Assembly (NCBI GenBank): GCA_963718565.1
Contig: OY970364.1
Coordinates: forward strand, 1,696,001-1,760,000
Source: an uncultured Verrucomicrobiae bacterium
Lineage (GTDB): Bacteria > Chlamydiota > Chlamydiia > Chlamydiales > Rhabdochlamydiaceae
Reading direction: 5' to 3'
Length of the DNA stretch: 64,000 nt
Positions 9,994 to 19,933 of the stretch are shown here, piece by piece (positions within the stretch are counted from its first letter, which is position 1; each line of letters starts with the position of its first letter). Made by a program: the position numbers and the translations under genes. A model generated the notes under the pieces. That model saw nothing but the letters and a program-made list of their open reading frames with translations. It had not been told where the DNA came from and did not search any database.

Positions 9994-10170
9994 CTAAAAG
10001 CCAATTCCATAGCTGATTTGAAGAACAATATAGCTTTGCAAAAGATAGCAAAATGGCAATGAATTACGGGATGTTAAATCATGATACCCAACAACTCCTT
10101 TCAGAATGGGAATACACAATCCATACCCTTAAAATGCTCCTGGAAAAGATGAGTAATAAGTAAGTCCGCT

Positions 10171-10245
10171 CAGGCGATTTTAGCTCTCCGTTATTTTTAT
10201 GAAGAGATGCCTCAGTTGCACGTCATTGCGGCAGGGTCTCTTATT
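10171..10245 (+). pseudogene. Remnant of AAA_14/DUF4143-type ATPase
   Basis: Translates QAILALRYFYEEMPQLHVIAAGSL, the conserved segment after Walker B in that family; no surrounding ORF. Confidence 0.55.
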
Positions 10246-10822
10246 GCACCGCTCGGAATTGGTGCAGGGCGGAACGAGAAAAGGTTCGTGTGTTGACGTG
10301 GCGCAAATGGGTTAGCGAAATGCCTTCGGGTTGCAAAGAAGGAGGCGTCGCTTCTTCCAGGAAGAGTGTTCCCTCGCTCTTTAGGAGAGGATGCGTATCG
10401 AAAAAGGTCAGAATGTCGTGAAGCAGATGTAAGCGCGTTGCTGCGGAATAAGGGGGGTCGGCATAAACAATGTCGAATTGCTGTGCTGATTTGGCTAGTT
10501 TTTTTAAGGCAAGAAAACAGTCATATCCCATCAAAGTACATTGAGGTACGACTTGCAATGTTCGAAGATTCTCTTCGATACAATGCAAAGCTTGGGTGCT
10601 GGTTTCGACAAATGTCGCATAAGAGGCTCCTCGGCTCAGAGCTTCGAGTCCCATAGCTCCCGTTCCTGCATAGAGATCGAGAAAGGAAGCTCCTTCAATC
10701 TGATTCTGAACAATGTCGAAAACAGCCTTGCGCATCACCGCTAATGTGGGGCGCGTCTGGTTGCCTTTGGGGGATTTCAAAGGACGGTTCCGAAAAGCTC
10801 CTCCAATAATCCGAAGGGTCAT
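10241..10822 (-). CDS. rsmD: 16S rRNA m2G966 methyltransferase
   Basis: LRIIGG, TRPT, FLDLYAGTGAMGLEALSRGA, DPPY. Confidence 0.93.
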   Translation of the reverse strand: MTLRIIGGAFRNRPLKSPKGNQTRPTLAVMRKAVFDIVQNQIEGASFLDLYAGTGAMGLEALSRGASYATFVETSTQALHCIEENLRTLQVVPQCTLMGYDCFLALKKLAKSAQQFDIVYADPPYSAATRLHLLHDILTFFDTHPLLKSEGTLFLEEATPPSLQPEGISLTHLRHVNTRTFSRSALHQFRAVQ

Positions 10823-12720
10823 TCAAATGCGATCTCGTGACGCGATTTTTTGAGGATTTCTTTCGCTTCTTTCAAATGCGCAGCTTTTCCCTCCTGGAGA
10901 AATTTAGCATAGCAGCGGTGAGCATGCTGTGCTGACCAATCCGATTCAAGGGCTTGGCTGCCTTTTTGCCCTTCGATAAAGGAGACACTCTTCTTAATAG
11001 CGATCCATTGATCGCAATGGCGACCTTGGATGATGAGATCAAAAGCGCAAGGGTCGTCAATTTGGCCGATGAGAAGATAAGGTTGATGGGAATAGAGTGC
11101 AGGTAGATGAGATCCCGCTGCGTAAAATTCAATATGAGAATGGGGATGATGCGGAATTGCTGTGATCATCAGATCTTTGGCAATGGGATCTTTTAAGTCG
11201 AGGACGAGTTTAGCTAGCTTTCTGGGAAAAGAGGCGTGCGTATCCGAATAGAGCAATTTACCCCCGCTCACGGAACTCAGCATGTCGAGCCCGACAAGGT
11301 CATTATCGCGGCCGATAGCAGCAGTATAAAGGGCTAATTTTCCATTGTTTTTCTCCACCCACTGTTTCAAAGCTTTCTGTTTACGCTCAGGACTCAAACT
11401 CGACTTGCCATCCGTCAGTAAGATTGCAGTATGGATCTCTTCATCATCTGGAATCACAGGGAGAATTTTTTCTAAAGAAGTGTAAATTTCTCCCGCAGCA
11501 AATCGTCCGCCTGCTTCTTCTTTATCTAGAAACTCTTCTGCAGCCTGGATATTTTTCATTGTGATGGGGCGGCTTTGCGGACTGAAGGTGACGAGTTTTT
11601 TATCCATGATGAGGATATTAAAAGTGTCCCCATGCTGCATGCTGGCAAGCGCTTTAAGCACGGCGCGTTTGAAGACGGCAAAACGATGTTTTTGCACGGA
11701 GTTAGAGCGGTCAATGATAAAGTAAAGATTTTGTCTCAGGCTATGGCTGCTAAAATCGTAATTGGGTTGGATAGAAAGCGAGAAGATATATCCCTGTCCT
11801 TCAGGATTAGGCAGGAAGAGAACATCGACGTCAAAATCATTGTTCCATTCGGCGGCCATGGCCATGGCTGGAAAATCGTACTGTTCCAAATCCGATAAGG
11901 AACTTGCCACTTTAATATCCTTTGTGTCTGGGGAAGTTTGAGCTGCTTTGAGAACAAAAAGGGTGGAGCGCACCTTTTCCTTCTCAAGCATTAAATCTTT
12001 CGCGGTGATTTGTGCAGCCTGGGGGGCTTTATCTGCTTTAAGTTCAAGATCCTCGCCGATCTTCAAACTGCTAGGCGAGGCGAGTTGGGGAGAGAGATTT
12101 AGGGAGTAGTCAGTTTCAAAAGTAGGATGAAGGGAATAATCACTGACGGCGATCAAATCGTCATATTTTCCTTGCCCTAGGGGAATGGCAACGGCAGGGA
12201 TTTGAGAGACTGCCGGCTCAGGATTAATCTGCAGCTGAGAGGCGATGGGAGTCTCCATTTCTTCGGGTGAAAAAAGGGAGCGAAAGTCATTTCCCTCTTG
12301 ATCTTGGAATTCATTGACAGCAGTGAATGCAAAATCTCTTCCTGAGGAGGTCAGATCGGGCAAAAAGGTGTCTTGAGGGTAAGTGGGTATGGTTTCCTCT
12401 TCATTAGGAGCAAGAGCGATGCCTTTAGGAAGGTCGATGAAATCGTAAGGTTTTTGAAAATGGGGAGAAAGGAGAACGATGTGCTCAAAAACCTCTTCGA
12501 GCATCTGATTTTTCTTCTTTAGAAATTCCCCATTCTCTTCATCGATATTAAGCAAGATGGGAGTCGCTGCTGTCATTCCAAAGAGAGACTTAAAGGGGCC
12601 TTGCACAATCAAGGGATGGAAATAAAAAAAAGTGACCGCAGCGATATGGGCTACAAGAGAAAAAAGGATGCATTTCACAGCTAGGCGTCGCAATCGATGA
12701 GGTAGGGTCATTATATTCAT
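10819..12720 (-). CDS. von Willebrand factor A domain membrane-anchored protein
   Basis: MIDAS-like IIDRSNS and ILLTDG; N-terminal TM; coupled overlaps with both neighbours. Confidence 0.8.
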   Translation of the reverse strand: MNIMTLPHRLRRLAVKCILFSLVAHIAAVTFFYFHPLIVQGPFKSLFGMTAATPILLNIDEENGEFLKKKNQMLEEVFEHIVLLSPHFQKPYDFIDLPKGIALAPNEEETIPTYPQDTFLPDLTSSGRDFAFTAVNEFQDQEGNDFRSLFSPEEMETPIASQLQINPEPAVSQIPAVAIPLGQGKYDDLIAVSDYSLHPTFETDYSLNLSPQLASPSSLKIGEDLELKADKAPQAAQITAKDLMLEKEKVRSTLFVLKAAQTSPDTKDIKVASSLSDLEQYDFPAMAMAAEWNNDFDVDVLFLPNPEGQGYIFSLSIQPNYDFSSHSLRQNLYFIIDRSNSVQKHRFAVFKRAVLKALASMQHGDTFNILIMDKKLVTFSPQSRPITMKNIQAAEEFLDKEEAGGRFAAGEIYTSLEKILPVIPDDEEIHTAILLTDGKSSLSPERKQKALKQWVEKNNGKLALYTAAIGRDNDLVGLDMLSSVSGGKLLYSDTHASFPRKLAKLVLDLKDPIAKDLMITAIPHHPHSHIEFYAAGSHLPALYSHQPYLLIGQIDDPCAFDLIIQGRHCDQWIAIKKSVSFIEGQKGSQALESDWSAQHAHRCYAKFLQEGKAAHLKEAKEILKKSRHEIAFE

Positions 12721-15464
12721 AAACTTTTTGTCAAAGCCTCTCTACTTTTAAGGATGCGTTGCATCAGTGATTCTTCGGTTGTTTCCGCTAAAAGTTGATC
12801 TAATTTTTCTTTCGATTCGCGAAGAAGCGGGAGATGATGTGCTTCTTCTGCTTTTAGGCGCTCGATTTCGATATCGACGAAGGCTAAATATTGACGGCAC
12901 AGTTTCTCTTTGTCGGGAAATTGAAGCGAGGCAGAAAAATATTGTTGAACCAACGGATCCTGTTCAGATGAGAAGTTCTCTTTCAATTGTCCGAGTAAAA
13001 AAATCGCACGTTTCCTTCGCTGAGCTGAGGGAGCTAATTCTGATTTGCATTCCACATAACAAAGGCCTGCTTCCAAATGGAGCGGTTCGGAATGAAGTTT
13101 GCGTTTTGTTTGAATATCTTTTAAAGCATCTAAGATCGTTTGTGAGGCTGGAGAATCTTCAGATTTACCCATTCCCTTCAATGTGGAAAAATCAAGCTTG
13201 GCTTTCTCAACGGTTGCGGCAATGGCAAAATAAGAGGAGACATGAGAGGAGGATGCAATCAAATCTTCAAAACTGTTGCGCGCTTTTTCTTTTTCTCCTG
13301 CTTCAAGATAAGCTTTCCCTAGTTCAAATTGGGCCATGCGCTGGTATTTCCATTGGAAATCAGGGTGGATTTGATATTCTTTGACCAAGGCTTCGAGCAG
13401 CTGTACGCGTTCTTTAAAGCGGCTTGTTTTCTTATAGAGCTCACTGAGTCTTAAAGCTTCTGCTTCCTTTTCCAGAGTTTGCTGAGTCATTGCCAAGGCA
13501 AAGGCGTTTTCATTAACCCCGAGTAATTTTTCCAAAGTAATCGCAGCGCGTTCCATCGCTGTGTCTTTGCCATTTTTGTATTGCTGAAAGTAATAGCTCG
13601 CTAGCCAGCGTCGGTTTTGTCTGTTTGCGGGTTTGTCCAAAGCTAAGAACAGATGATCAGCAGCTTTGTCCATCAGTTCCATTTTTTCATCGTCATAGGC
13701 TTTTCCGGCCAGGCTTAAATATGTATTGAATAAGGTCAGGTGAAGATCGATCGCCCCTTCCAATCTGGGGTTGATGCTTAAGGCTTTTTCCGCATTCAGC
13801 GCAAAATGAATCTCATCGCGCTCCTCTTTATGATGGGCGTAGGCCAAAAGAAGATAAGCGTCTGCACAGCTGGAGTCCTTAGAAAAATCTCTGACGTATT
13901 CGCTTAAACTTCCAATACATTCCTCGTAATTGCCCAGTTCAAATTGAATTTTGCCGAGCAGATAACGCATTTTTTGTTTTTCGACAGGGGAGAAAGTTTT
14001 CTTCTCTTGCAATGAGGCATTAAGAATTGTGAGGAGTTGTTCTTTCTTTATTTTTTCGGTGCCTCCCGAAGCGCGTCTAATATCTTCTAACCGGCAATTG
14101 ACGATCTGACGCAAGGCGTTTGCGCGCCATGTGCTTTGAGGAAACGCCAGCAGAAAGGCTTCAAAGGCACAAGCGCTTTCTTGCCATTTTTCTTCTTGTA
14201 GTAGCAAGAGCGCGTTGTCATAGTGAAGCGCCTCGCGTTGCGGATGTTGCGGATTCATTTCTAAGATTGCGCGTACCTCGGCCCTTGCTTTGGACCACTC
14301 CTTTTTGTCTCGACAGAGCTGAGCGTGCATGAGCAAGATGTTTTCAGTTTCTTCATCCTGTGTGAATTGCACTTTGAGCGTGGCGAGCGTTTTTTCAAAT
14401 AAAGGGAGATCCTGAGTTTCCTGCGCTATAGCGATCAGCGAGATCAGTGCGCTTTTCTCTTGCTGCCGATCCAGTGTTTTAGAAGCAAGGCTCTGTGTCA
14501 AAGGTTCGATTGCACGCACATAATCCTGTGTGAGAAATAAAGATTTGCCCAAATAGTAATGGATGAGTGGGACTTTATCTTGTGTGACGTGCGCGATCGC
14601 TTTCTCATAAACAAGCACAAAATCGCGGTAATGCTTTTCTTGAAACAGAAGATTAAGCTGGTTAAAGGCAGCCTTTGACGCGCTCTTTCCTCCGAGCTCA
14701 TAGATAGTGCCAAAGGTTTCGATCGCCTTGTTCTTATCGAAATGAATTTGTAAAGATGCCGCTTGAAAAAGATATTCCTCTTTTTTGCTTTGGTCTTTGT
14801 GAGAGAGCAAAAGGAAGAGGGCAGCTGCTTTCTGACGCTCTTCTAAAAAAGCAAAAATGTGCGCTTGCGGGAGCAAAGTCATATCGCCATATTTTGTCTG
14901 CATCAGTTGTTGGTATTCTGTGAGCGCCACTTTCATTAATTTTTTCTTTTTATCGGCATTTTCAGGTGCAAAGGCTTTACAGAAATAGATTTCTCCTAGT
15001 TCAAAGCGGATCGTATGGATATCTGCGGCTTTAGCGTTGGGATCTTTTAAAAAAAGTTCAGAGGCAAGGATGAATTCATCGTATTTCTTAGCTACGTACA
15101 GACAGTGCAAACGATGGAACTGAGATTTGTGGCGGAACTGTTTGTCTTGGACTTTCTCGTAACTTGCAAGAGCCTCTGAGAAATTTTCTTCTTGAAAGTA
15201 GAGATCGCCGAGCATCGCATAGAGCTGGTCGACGTAGGAGCTCTTGGGGTTTTTGCTTAAAAAATTGCGGATCTGAGCTTTAACAGTCTTATAGTCCTTT
15301 TCCTTCCAATACTCTGCAATCCGCCTCAATTCAAGACTTTCCTCCAAAGAGGCATCGAGATTTTTGGCCGATAGCATAGAAAAACAACTGAAGACGGCTA
15401 AGAAAAAAACAGGAAATAATTTAGTAATACTCACTCTCATCTCAACTTTCCTTGATGAGCGCAC
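12717..15464 (-). CDS. Large exported TPR-repeat protein
   Basis: Signal peptide (probable start at MRVSITK), many TPR-like helices (YYLGKSLF, YLLGKIQFELG, FELGKAYL). Confidence 0.8.
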   Translation of the reverse strand: MRSSRKVEMRVSITKLFPVFFLAVFSCFSMLSAKNLDASLEESLELRRIAEYWKEKDYKTVKAQIRNFLSKNPKSSYVDQLYAMLGDLYFQEENFSEALASYEKVQDKQFRHKSQFHRLHCLYVAKKYDEFILASELFLKDPNAKAADIHTIRFELGEIYFCKAFAPENADKKKKLMKVALTEYQQLMQTKYGDMTLLPQAHIFAFLEERQKAAALFLLLSHKDQSKKEEYLFQAASLQIHFDKNKAIETFGTIYELGGKSASKAAFNQLNLLFQEKHYRDFVLVYEKAIAHVTQDKVPLIHYYLGKSLFLTQDYVRAIEPLTQSLASKTLDRQQEKSALISLIAIAQETQDLPLFEKTLATLKVQFTQDEETENILLMHAQLCRDKKEWSKARAEVRAILEMNPQHPQREALHYDNALLLLQEEKWQESACAFEAFLLAFPQSTWRANALRQIVNCRLEDIRRASGGTEKIKKEQLLTILNASLQEKKTFSPVEKQKMRYLLGKIQFELGNYEECIGSLSEYVRDFSKDSSCADAYLLLAYAHHKEERDEIHFALNAEKALSINPRLEGAIDLHLTLFNTYLSLAGKAYDDEKMELMDKAADHLFLALDKPANRQNRRWLASYYFQQYKNGKDTAMERAAITLEKLLGVNENAFALAMTQQTLEKEAEALRLSELYKKTSRFKERVQLLEALVKEYQIHPDFQWKYQRMAQFELGKAYLEAGEKEKARNSFEDLIASSSHVSSYFAIAATVEKAKLDFSTLKGMGKSEDSPASQTILDALKDIQTKRKLHSEPLHLEAGLCYVECKSELAPSAQRRKRAIFLLGQLKENFSSEQDPLVQQYFSASLQFPDKEKLCRQYLAFVDIEIERLKAEEAHHLPLLRESKEKLDQLLAETTEESLMQRILKSREALTKSL

Positions 15465-15837
15465 CTCGCCACTCCAAAGTCAAATTTTTCGAATTTCGAG
15501 ATGCGCTCATCTAAAACTTACAACGTGGAATTTTTTTAATTATATACTTCTTTTTCAAAGGCACAACAAGTTTCTCTGGTGGGCAGGCGATGGTTCTGCC
15601 TAATCCATTCATTATTAGGGCCTTATATTTTTATGCGCCTCTAAGATAAAAAAAATTCAGTTTGCGCATTTAAAATTTTATTCAGGCAAAGCTCGTCATT
15701 TAAAAGCTAATAATATATTTAATGCACGTCAAATACAATGAAACAAAATTTTACCTCCATGTTTTTGTTCAACTAAACTATTTCGCTTGTTATAATTAAA
15801 ACAAAAATAATCAGATATAAAGTATAGAGGTGTAATT

Positions 15838-17868
15838 ATGGCTACAAATCTAAATCATGTTATTGAAAACAGTTTATTTGCTCAATCTGTTCTTTCTCCC
15901 GTATTAGGAGATGCTGGAGATAGTAAAAAGAATTTATTGAACAGAATTAAAAAATTAAATCAAGGTGAAAGATCAGAATTAGTGAAGGAATTAAATGAAA
16001 TCTGCTTACGTATTGACCTTCCCAAAGAGGGCTCGCTTCCCGATCACTTTTCTCGGGCTGCTATTCCTCTTCAAGAAAAAGGATTGAGCACTTTCCTTCT
16101 CTCTGATGATGGAAAGCAAGCAGAAGAGCATTGGTTCATTGTTTCCTTTTTTTTAGGATTGATGAATCGAATGGGTAAGAGAATCGGCAGTGATTTTATT
16201 ATGGAGCAGCTTTATGATACAAGAGCCTTATTACGCAGTCGCGGGTATGAGATTCGCGCTAACGAGGTTAATGCAGAACCAGGACTGAATGCATACATTT
16301 CCTTCCTTGAGGACAAATTAAAGGAAAAGAGCCCTGCTGAAAAAATCAACCCTTTGATCGATGAACTAGAAAAAATTAAACTAACATTCAACGATGCGTC
16401 ATCAAAAGATTGGGCCAGTCCGGGTGTCTTGCTGCAATTCCAATATCAACTTGCTTTTTTCAAAAAGCAACTTCAAACAGGTCCCCTCTCTGACTCCATC
16501 AGAACTACGGTTGAAGAAGCAATACAAAAAATCACGAACATTATTCAAGAGAGCAGAACACAAAGTCGCGACGTATTATCTGCAAACCTGCGTGACAATG
16601 CTCTTCCTGTTTTAAAGAACTTCGGATTTTCTGAAAATTTACTCGAATCTTTTGGGAGAAACTTAAGCGCACTTGCTCGCGGAGAACAGCTTCCTGAAAA
16701 GGTAGCTAATATTGGTTATTGGAGACGAAAGGTGATTATTCCTTATATAGGATGTCAACTAAGCACCATTAAAAAGGAGTTGCAAGGGATCATTTCCTCA
16801 TTTGAACTTGAGCAAAGAAAAACCCAAACTGAACTTGAAATCATCCATGGGCGTCTGGAAAAATATCAATACAACTCTCAAAATGCCATTAAGCGTGGAA
16901 GCCTTGCTACTGCAACTTTAAGCATTAAGGCCTTTGAGAAAGAATGGAAAGATTCTGCTTTAATTTGTGGTGTCATAAGTTCTGCGATAGTCGTGATATC
17001 TCAAGCAAAAGTTAAGAGTTTGGAATGGGTTAAAAATGCCGTCGAATTGATATACGCAGATGTGGCAGGTTCTCCAAATATTGATGAATCAAAAGCGAAG
17101 GGAGACTTTAAGCGCGATCTCCAACTCTTAAAAGATTTTTCTTATTCTGATTTTTCAATGAATAGGCAGCCCTTGGCTAATGCGCTTGACAAGCTTGAAT
17201 CATTACGTAGTAATCCACAAGGTTCTCTCGATGTCTACACAAGATTGAATCAGTTCAAGTCCAATCCGAGTGCCTATGATTTGACTTCTGATTTAAAGAA
17301 AATCAACTTCATCGACGATTATTTTGCTTATTGGAAATTCATTTTTGATCAGTCGAAACTTAGTAAAGCTGAAGAATTAAATAATGCCTTGGGAGCTAAA
17401 AAGAAAATTGAAGAGGAATTGACTCTTTCTTCATCTTCTGTGCCAAAACCTGTCGTGGGGGTACGTTCTCCTACAGTGACTCAGAATCCTATAGTGATTT
17501 CTGAAACTAAAGGGGATGCTAACCTCAGAGCCATAGCTAAAGGTCTACAAAATCATCGATCTAATTCTTCTATGGATTCAACTTGGTATGGACAAGTAGT
17601 GGCTGGCCCAAAATTGCATTCTGACCTAGTCAAGCAAGTGTACGGAAACTTTTATTGGATCATGAAGGATGCTGGAAAACTATGTGGAAAGTTACAAAGC
17701 GACGGACATGCAGAAGATAGTAATTGGGGGGGGGAAGTATTTACCTCAGGAAGCCTCGATGGAGTTCAACCTGCAGTTATTCGTCCTTTATTGAACCATT
17801 ATCGCGTGCAGGCAATGGCCGAAGTGTTGGAAGATAAAATTCGAACCCGAGCCAATCAAGCCTTCTAA
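15838..17868 (+). CDS. Hypothetical coiled-coil protein, candidate secreted effector
   Basis: 676-aa ORF with GAGG RBS, AT-rich upstream region, no Sec signal, no family recognised. Confidence 0.7.
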   Translation: MATNLNHVIENSLFAQSVLSPVLGDAGDSKKNLLNRIKKLNQGERSELVKELNEICLRIDLPKEGSLPDHFSRAAIPLQEKGLSTFLLSDDGKQAEEHWFIVSFFLGLMNRMGKRIGSDFIMEQLYDTRALLRSRGYEIRANEVNAEPGLNAYISFLEDKLKEKSPAEKINPLIDELEKIKLTFNDASSKDWASPGVLLQFQYQLAFFKKQLQTGPLSDSIRTTVEEAIQKITNIIQESRTQSRDVLSANLRDNALPVLKNFGFSENLLESFGRNLSALARGEQLPEKVANIGYWRRKVIIPYIGCQLSTIKKELQGIISSFELEQRKTQTELEIIHGRLEKYQYNSQNAIKRGSLATATLSIKAFEKEWKDSALICGVISSAIVVISQAKVKSLEWVKNAVELIYADVAGSPNIDESKAKGDFKRDLQLLKDFSYSDFSMNRQPLANALDKLESLRSNPQGSLDVYTRLNQFKSNPSAYDLTSDLKKINFIDDYFAYWKFIFDQSKLSKAEELNNALGAKKKIEEELTLSSSSVPKPVVGVRSPTVTQNPIVISETKGDANLRAIAKGLQNHRSNSSMDSTWYGQVVAGPKLHSDLVKQVYGNFYWIMKDAGKLCGKLQSDGHAEDSNWGGEVFTSGSLDGVQPAVIRPLLNHYRVQAMAEVLEDKIRTRANQAF

Positions 17869-17878
17869 ATCACACTTC

Positions 17879-17921
17879 GAGCGAATTGCGAGATTGACAA
17901 AACGGGGTGATTTCCTGGGGG
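17879..17921. repeat. Left arm of palindromic element interrupted by IS607
   Basis: gagcgaattgcgagattgacaaaacggggtgatttcctgggg is inverse-complementary to 19891-19933. Confidence 0.75.
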
Positions 17922-17972
17922 CTTGTAACAGAATCCATTGAACTTATTCAAACCTGATTATATATTATCAGA

Positions 17973-18395
17973 ATGAACAAGTTTTTAAGCATTCAGGAAG
18001 CAGCAAAATGTTTGGGAGTTTCTCCACAAACACTCCGCCGATGGGAAAGACAAAAGAAAATCGTTCCCTGTCATCGCATACAGGGCGGCCAACGCCGCTA
18101 TAGTCTCACTCAGTTACAGCCATTTAATTGCGGAGATAAAACCTCTGATCGTCTAACTGTTGCCTACGCAAGAGTTTCGAGTCATGATCAAAAAGAAGAT
18201 TTACAACGACAAGTCCATATGTTAGAAATTTACTGCTTTGCAAAAGGATGGGTGTTTTCGGTAACCAAAGACCTCGGTTCCGGGATGAACTATAATAAAC
18301 GTGGGCTAAAACAACTGCTTGAGCAAAATGGTTCAAGAAGCCATAAGAACAAACAGCTTTTGGCCAACCTTCAAAATGCGGTCGCCAATGTCTAA
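17973..18395 (+). CDS. tnpA: IS607 TnpA serine recombinase, internally deleted
   Basis: MerR-like HTH (LSIQEAAKCLGVSPQTLRRWE), catalytic YARVSSHDQK, DLGSG; jumps from LKQLLEQ directly to GSRSHKN, lacking the DRL-containing segment. Confidence 0.8.
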   Translation: MNKFLSIQEAAKCLGVSPQTLRRWERQKKIVPCHRIQGGQRRYSLTQLQPFNCGDKTSDRLTVAYARVSSHDQKEDLQRQVHMLEIYCFAKGWVFSVTKDLGSGMNYNKRGLKQLLEQNGSRSHKNKQLLANLQNAVANV

Positions 18396-19854
18396 AGAGA
18401 ATCTGGTTCTTAAGCTGAGAATTGAAGCAGACCCTCAAACAATTTCTGAGCTCGATGGGCAATCGCGGATCTGTAATTGGCTTTATAATCATCTGCTAGA
18501 AAAAAGCCTGGAACTCAAGCGGGAATTTATTCATTCCGGCAACCCGGAGGCATCAAAGACCCTCTATACAGAAAGAGGACTCAGAAATGAACTTCCAAAA
18601 CTCAAGGAAGAGCACCCCTTTCTAAAAGTCGTCCACTCTTCTCCATTAAAAAATACCGCTTTGAGACTTAGTGAAGCAATCCGGGTTCATCAAAAATCAA
18701 AAAAAGGAAAACGGAAAGGCAAACAGATGGGTTGGCCCAAATTTCGGGCCTGGAAACGGGACTGGTTTTCTCTTTTTTACGATGAACCAGAAAAAGGTTT
18801 CAAGATTCAAGGCAAAGCCTTGTTCCTCTCCCTTGGAATGGGCCAGGACCGCAAGCGCCGCTTCCTCACTCTCGAATTACCCGAAGCACATCTCCTCAAA
18901 GACAAAACCCCACGCAATTTGCGCATTATCTCCGAACTGGGAACCTACTATGCCATTTTTACCATTCAGAAAGAACTCCCCATCCGAAAACCCATTTCTA
19001 AAATCCTCGCACTCGATCCCAATCACAAAAATCTCGCCTATGGTGTTGACACAAGTGGAACAGCCATTGAGATTGCATCTCCTCACTGGCTCAAAACTTA
19101 CGATAAACGCCTGGACGAACTAAAAAGTAAAAGAGACCGCTGTGATAAAAAATCTAAAAAATTCCATGTTCTGGATGAAAAAGGCAATCCCACAGGAAAA
19201 GAATTCCATCTTCCTTCCAGGCAATGGAGAAAATACGATCATGCCCTAAAAAGCGCACTGCGTAAACGCCGAGAACAGACCAAGACGTTTATGTTTACAA
19301 GCGCTCATCGCCTTTTCCGAAATTACGACTGCATTGGAATCGGAGACTATACACCAAATGGCGAAGGCATTACTAAACCAATGCGGCGAGCGATGAATAA
19401 TCGATCCTTGATTGGACGTTGGAAAAACACCCTCTCCTGGGTAGCTCGAAAATCGGGAAAAACCTTTATTGAATTCGACGAGAAAGGGACAACCCGGACC
19501 TGTAGCCACTGCCTGCGGATTGAAGAGCGGGGAATCCCTGTCTCATTGAGACAATGGCAATGTCCACAGTGCAAGACCGTTCACATTCGCGACGAGAATG
19601 CCGCAATTAACGGCTTGAGAAAGATCTTGCGAGATCTTTCAGCAAAAAATGAAGGAGGATATCCTTCAATAGTGTCTGGCTCAGACCTCGCTTTTATCCA
19701 AAAGCGATGGGCCTGGTGTGTTTTGCCTAATGGTGTACATGTGACACCGTGGGGGCAAGACAGCAAAGCAATTTGCAGCACCAGGAAATTAAACCGAGGG
19801 CATGATAGCCCTCGATCAAAAGTTGATAATTTGGTTATATATGATCAGGTTTGA
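18388..19854 (+). CDS. tnpB: TnpB RNA-guided nuclease (RuvC + Zn finger)
   Basis: WLYNHLL helix, GWPKFR, RuvC-I LALDPN, Zn finger CSHC...CPQC, RuvC-III RDENAAIN. Confidence 0.9.
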   Translation: MSKENLVLKLRIEADPQTISELDGQSRICNWLYNHLLEKSLELKREFIHSGNPEASKTLYTERGLRNELPKLKEEHPFLKVVHSSPLKNTALRLSEAIRVHQKSKKGKRKGKQMGWPKFRAWKRDWFSLFYDEPEKGFKIQGKALFLSLGMGQDRKRRFLTLELPEAHLLKDKTPRNLRIISELGTYYAIFTIQKELPIRKPISKILALDPNHKNLAYGVDTSGTAIEIASPHWLKTYDKRLDELKSKRDRCDKKSKKFHVLDEKGNPTGKEFHLPSRQWRKYDHALKSALRKRREQTKTFMFTSAHRLFRNYDCIGIGDYTPNGEGITKPMRRAMNNRSLIGRWKNTLSWVARKSGKTFIEFDEKGTTRTCSHCLRIEERGIPVSLRQWQCPQCKTVHIRDENAAINGLRKILRDLSAKNEGGYPSIVSGSDLAFIQKRWAWCVLPNGVHVTPWGQDSKAICSTRKLNRGHDSPRSKVDNLVIYDQV

Positions 19855-19890
19855 TCAAGTTTTGAAGAGCGGCTTTAAGCTGAATAATTT

Positions 19891-19933
19891 CCCTCAGAAA
19901 ATCACCCCGTTTTGTTAATTTTGCAATTCCCTC
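19891..19933. repeat. Right arm of palindromic element, ending with the family A terminus TTGCAATTCCCTC
   Basis: Inverted repeat of 17879-17921; supplies the last codons and stop of the 19915-20991 gene. Confidence 0.75.

Larger units (their letters stand above)
17922..19872 (+). mobile_element. IS607-family element (tnpA serine recombinase + tnpB)
   Basis: Gene pair; subterminal inverted motifs 17941-17965 and 19837-19861 (23/25 match); GG at both inferred junctions; no TSD seen. Confidence 0.85.
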
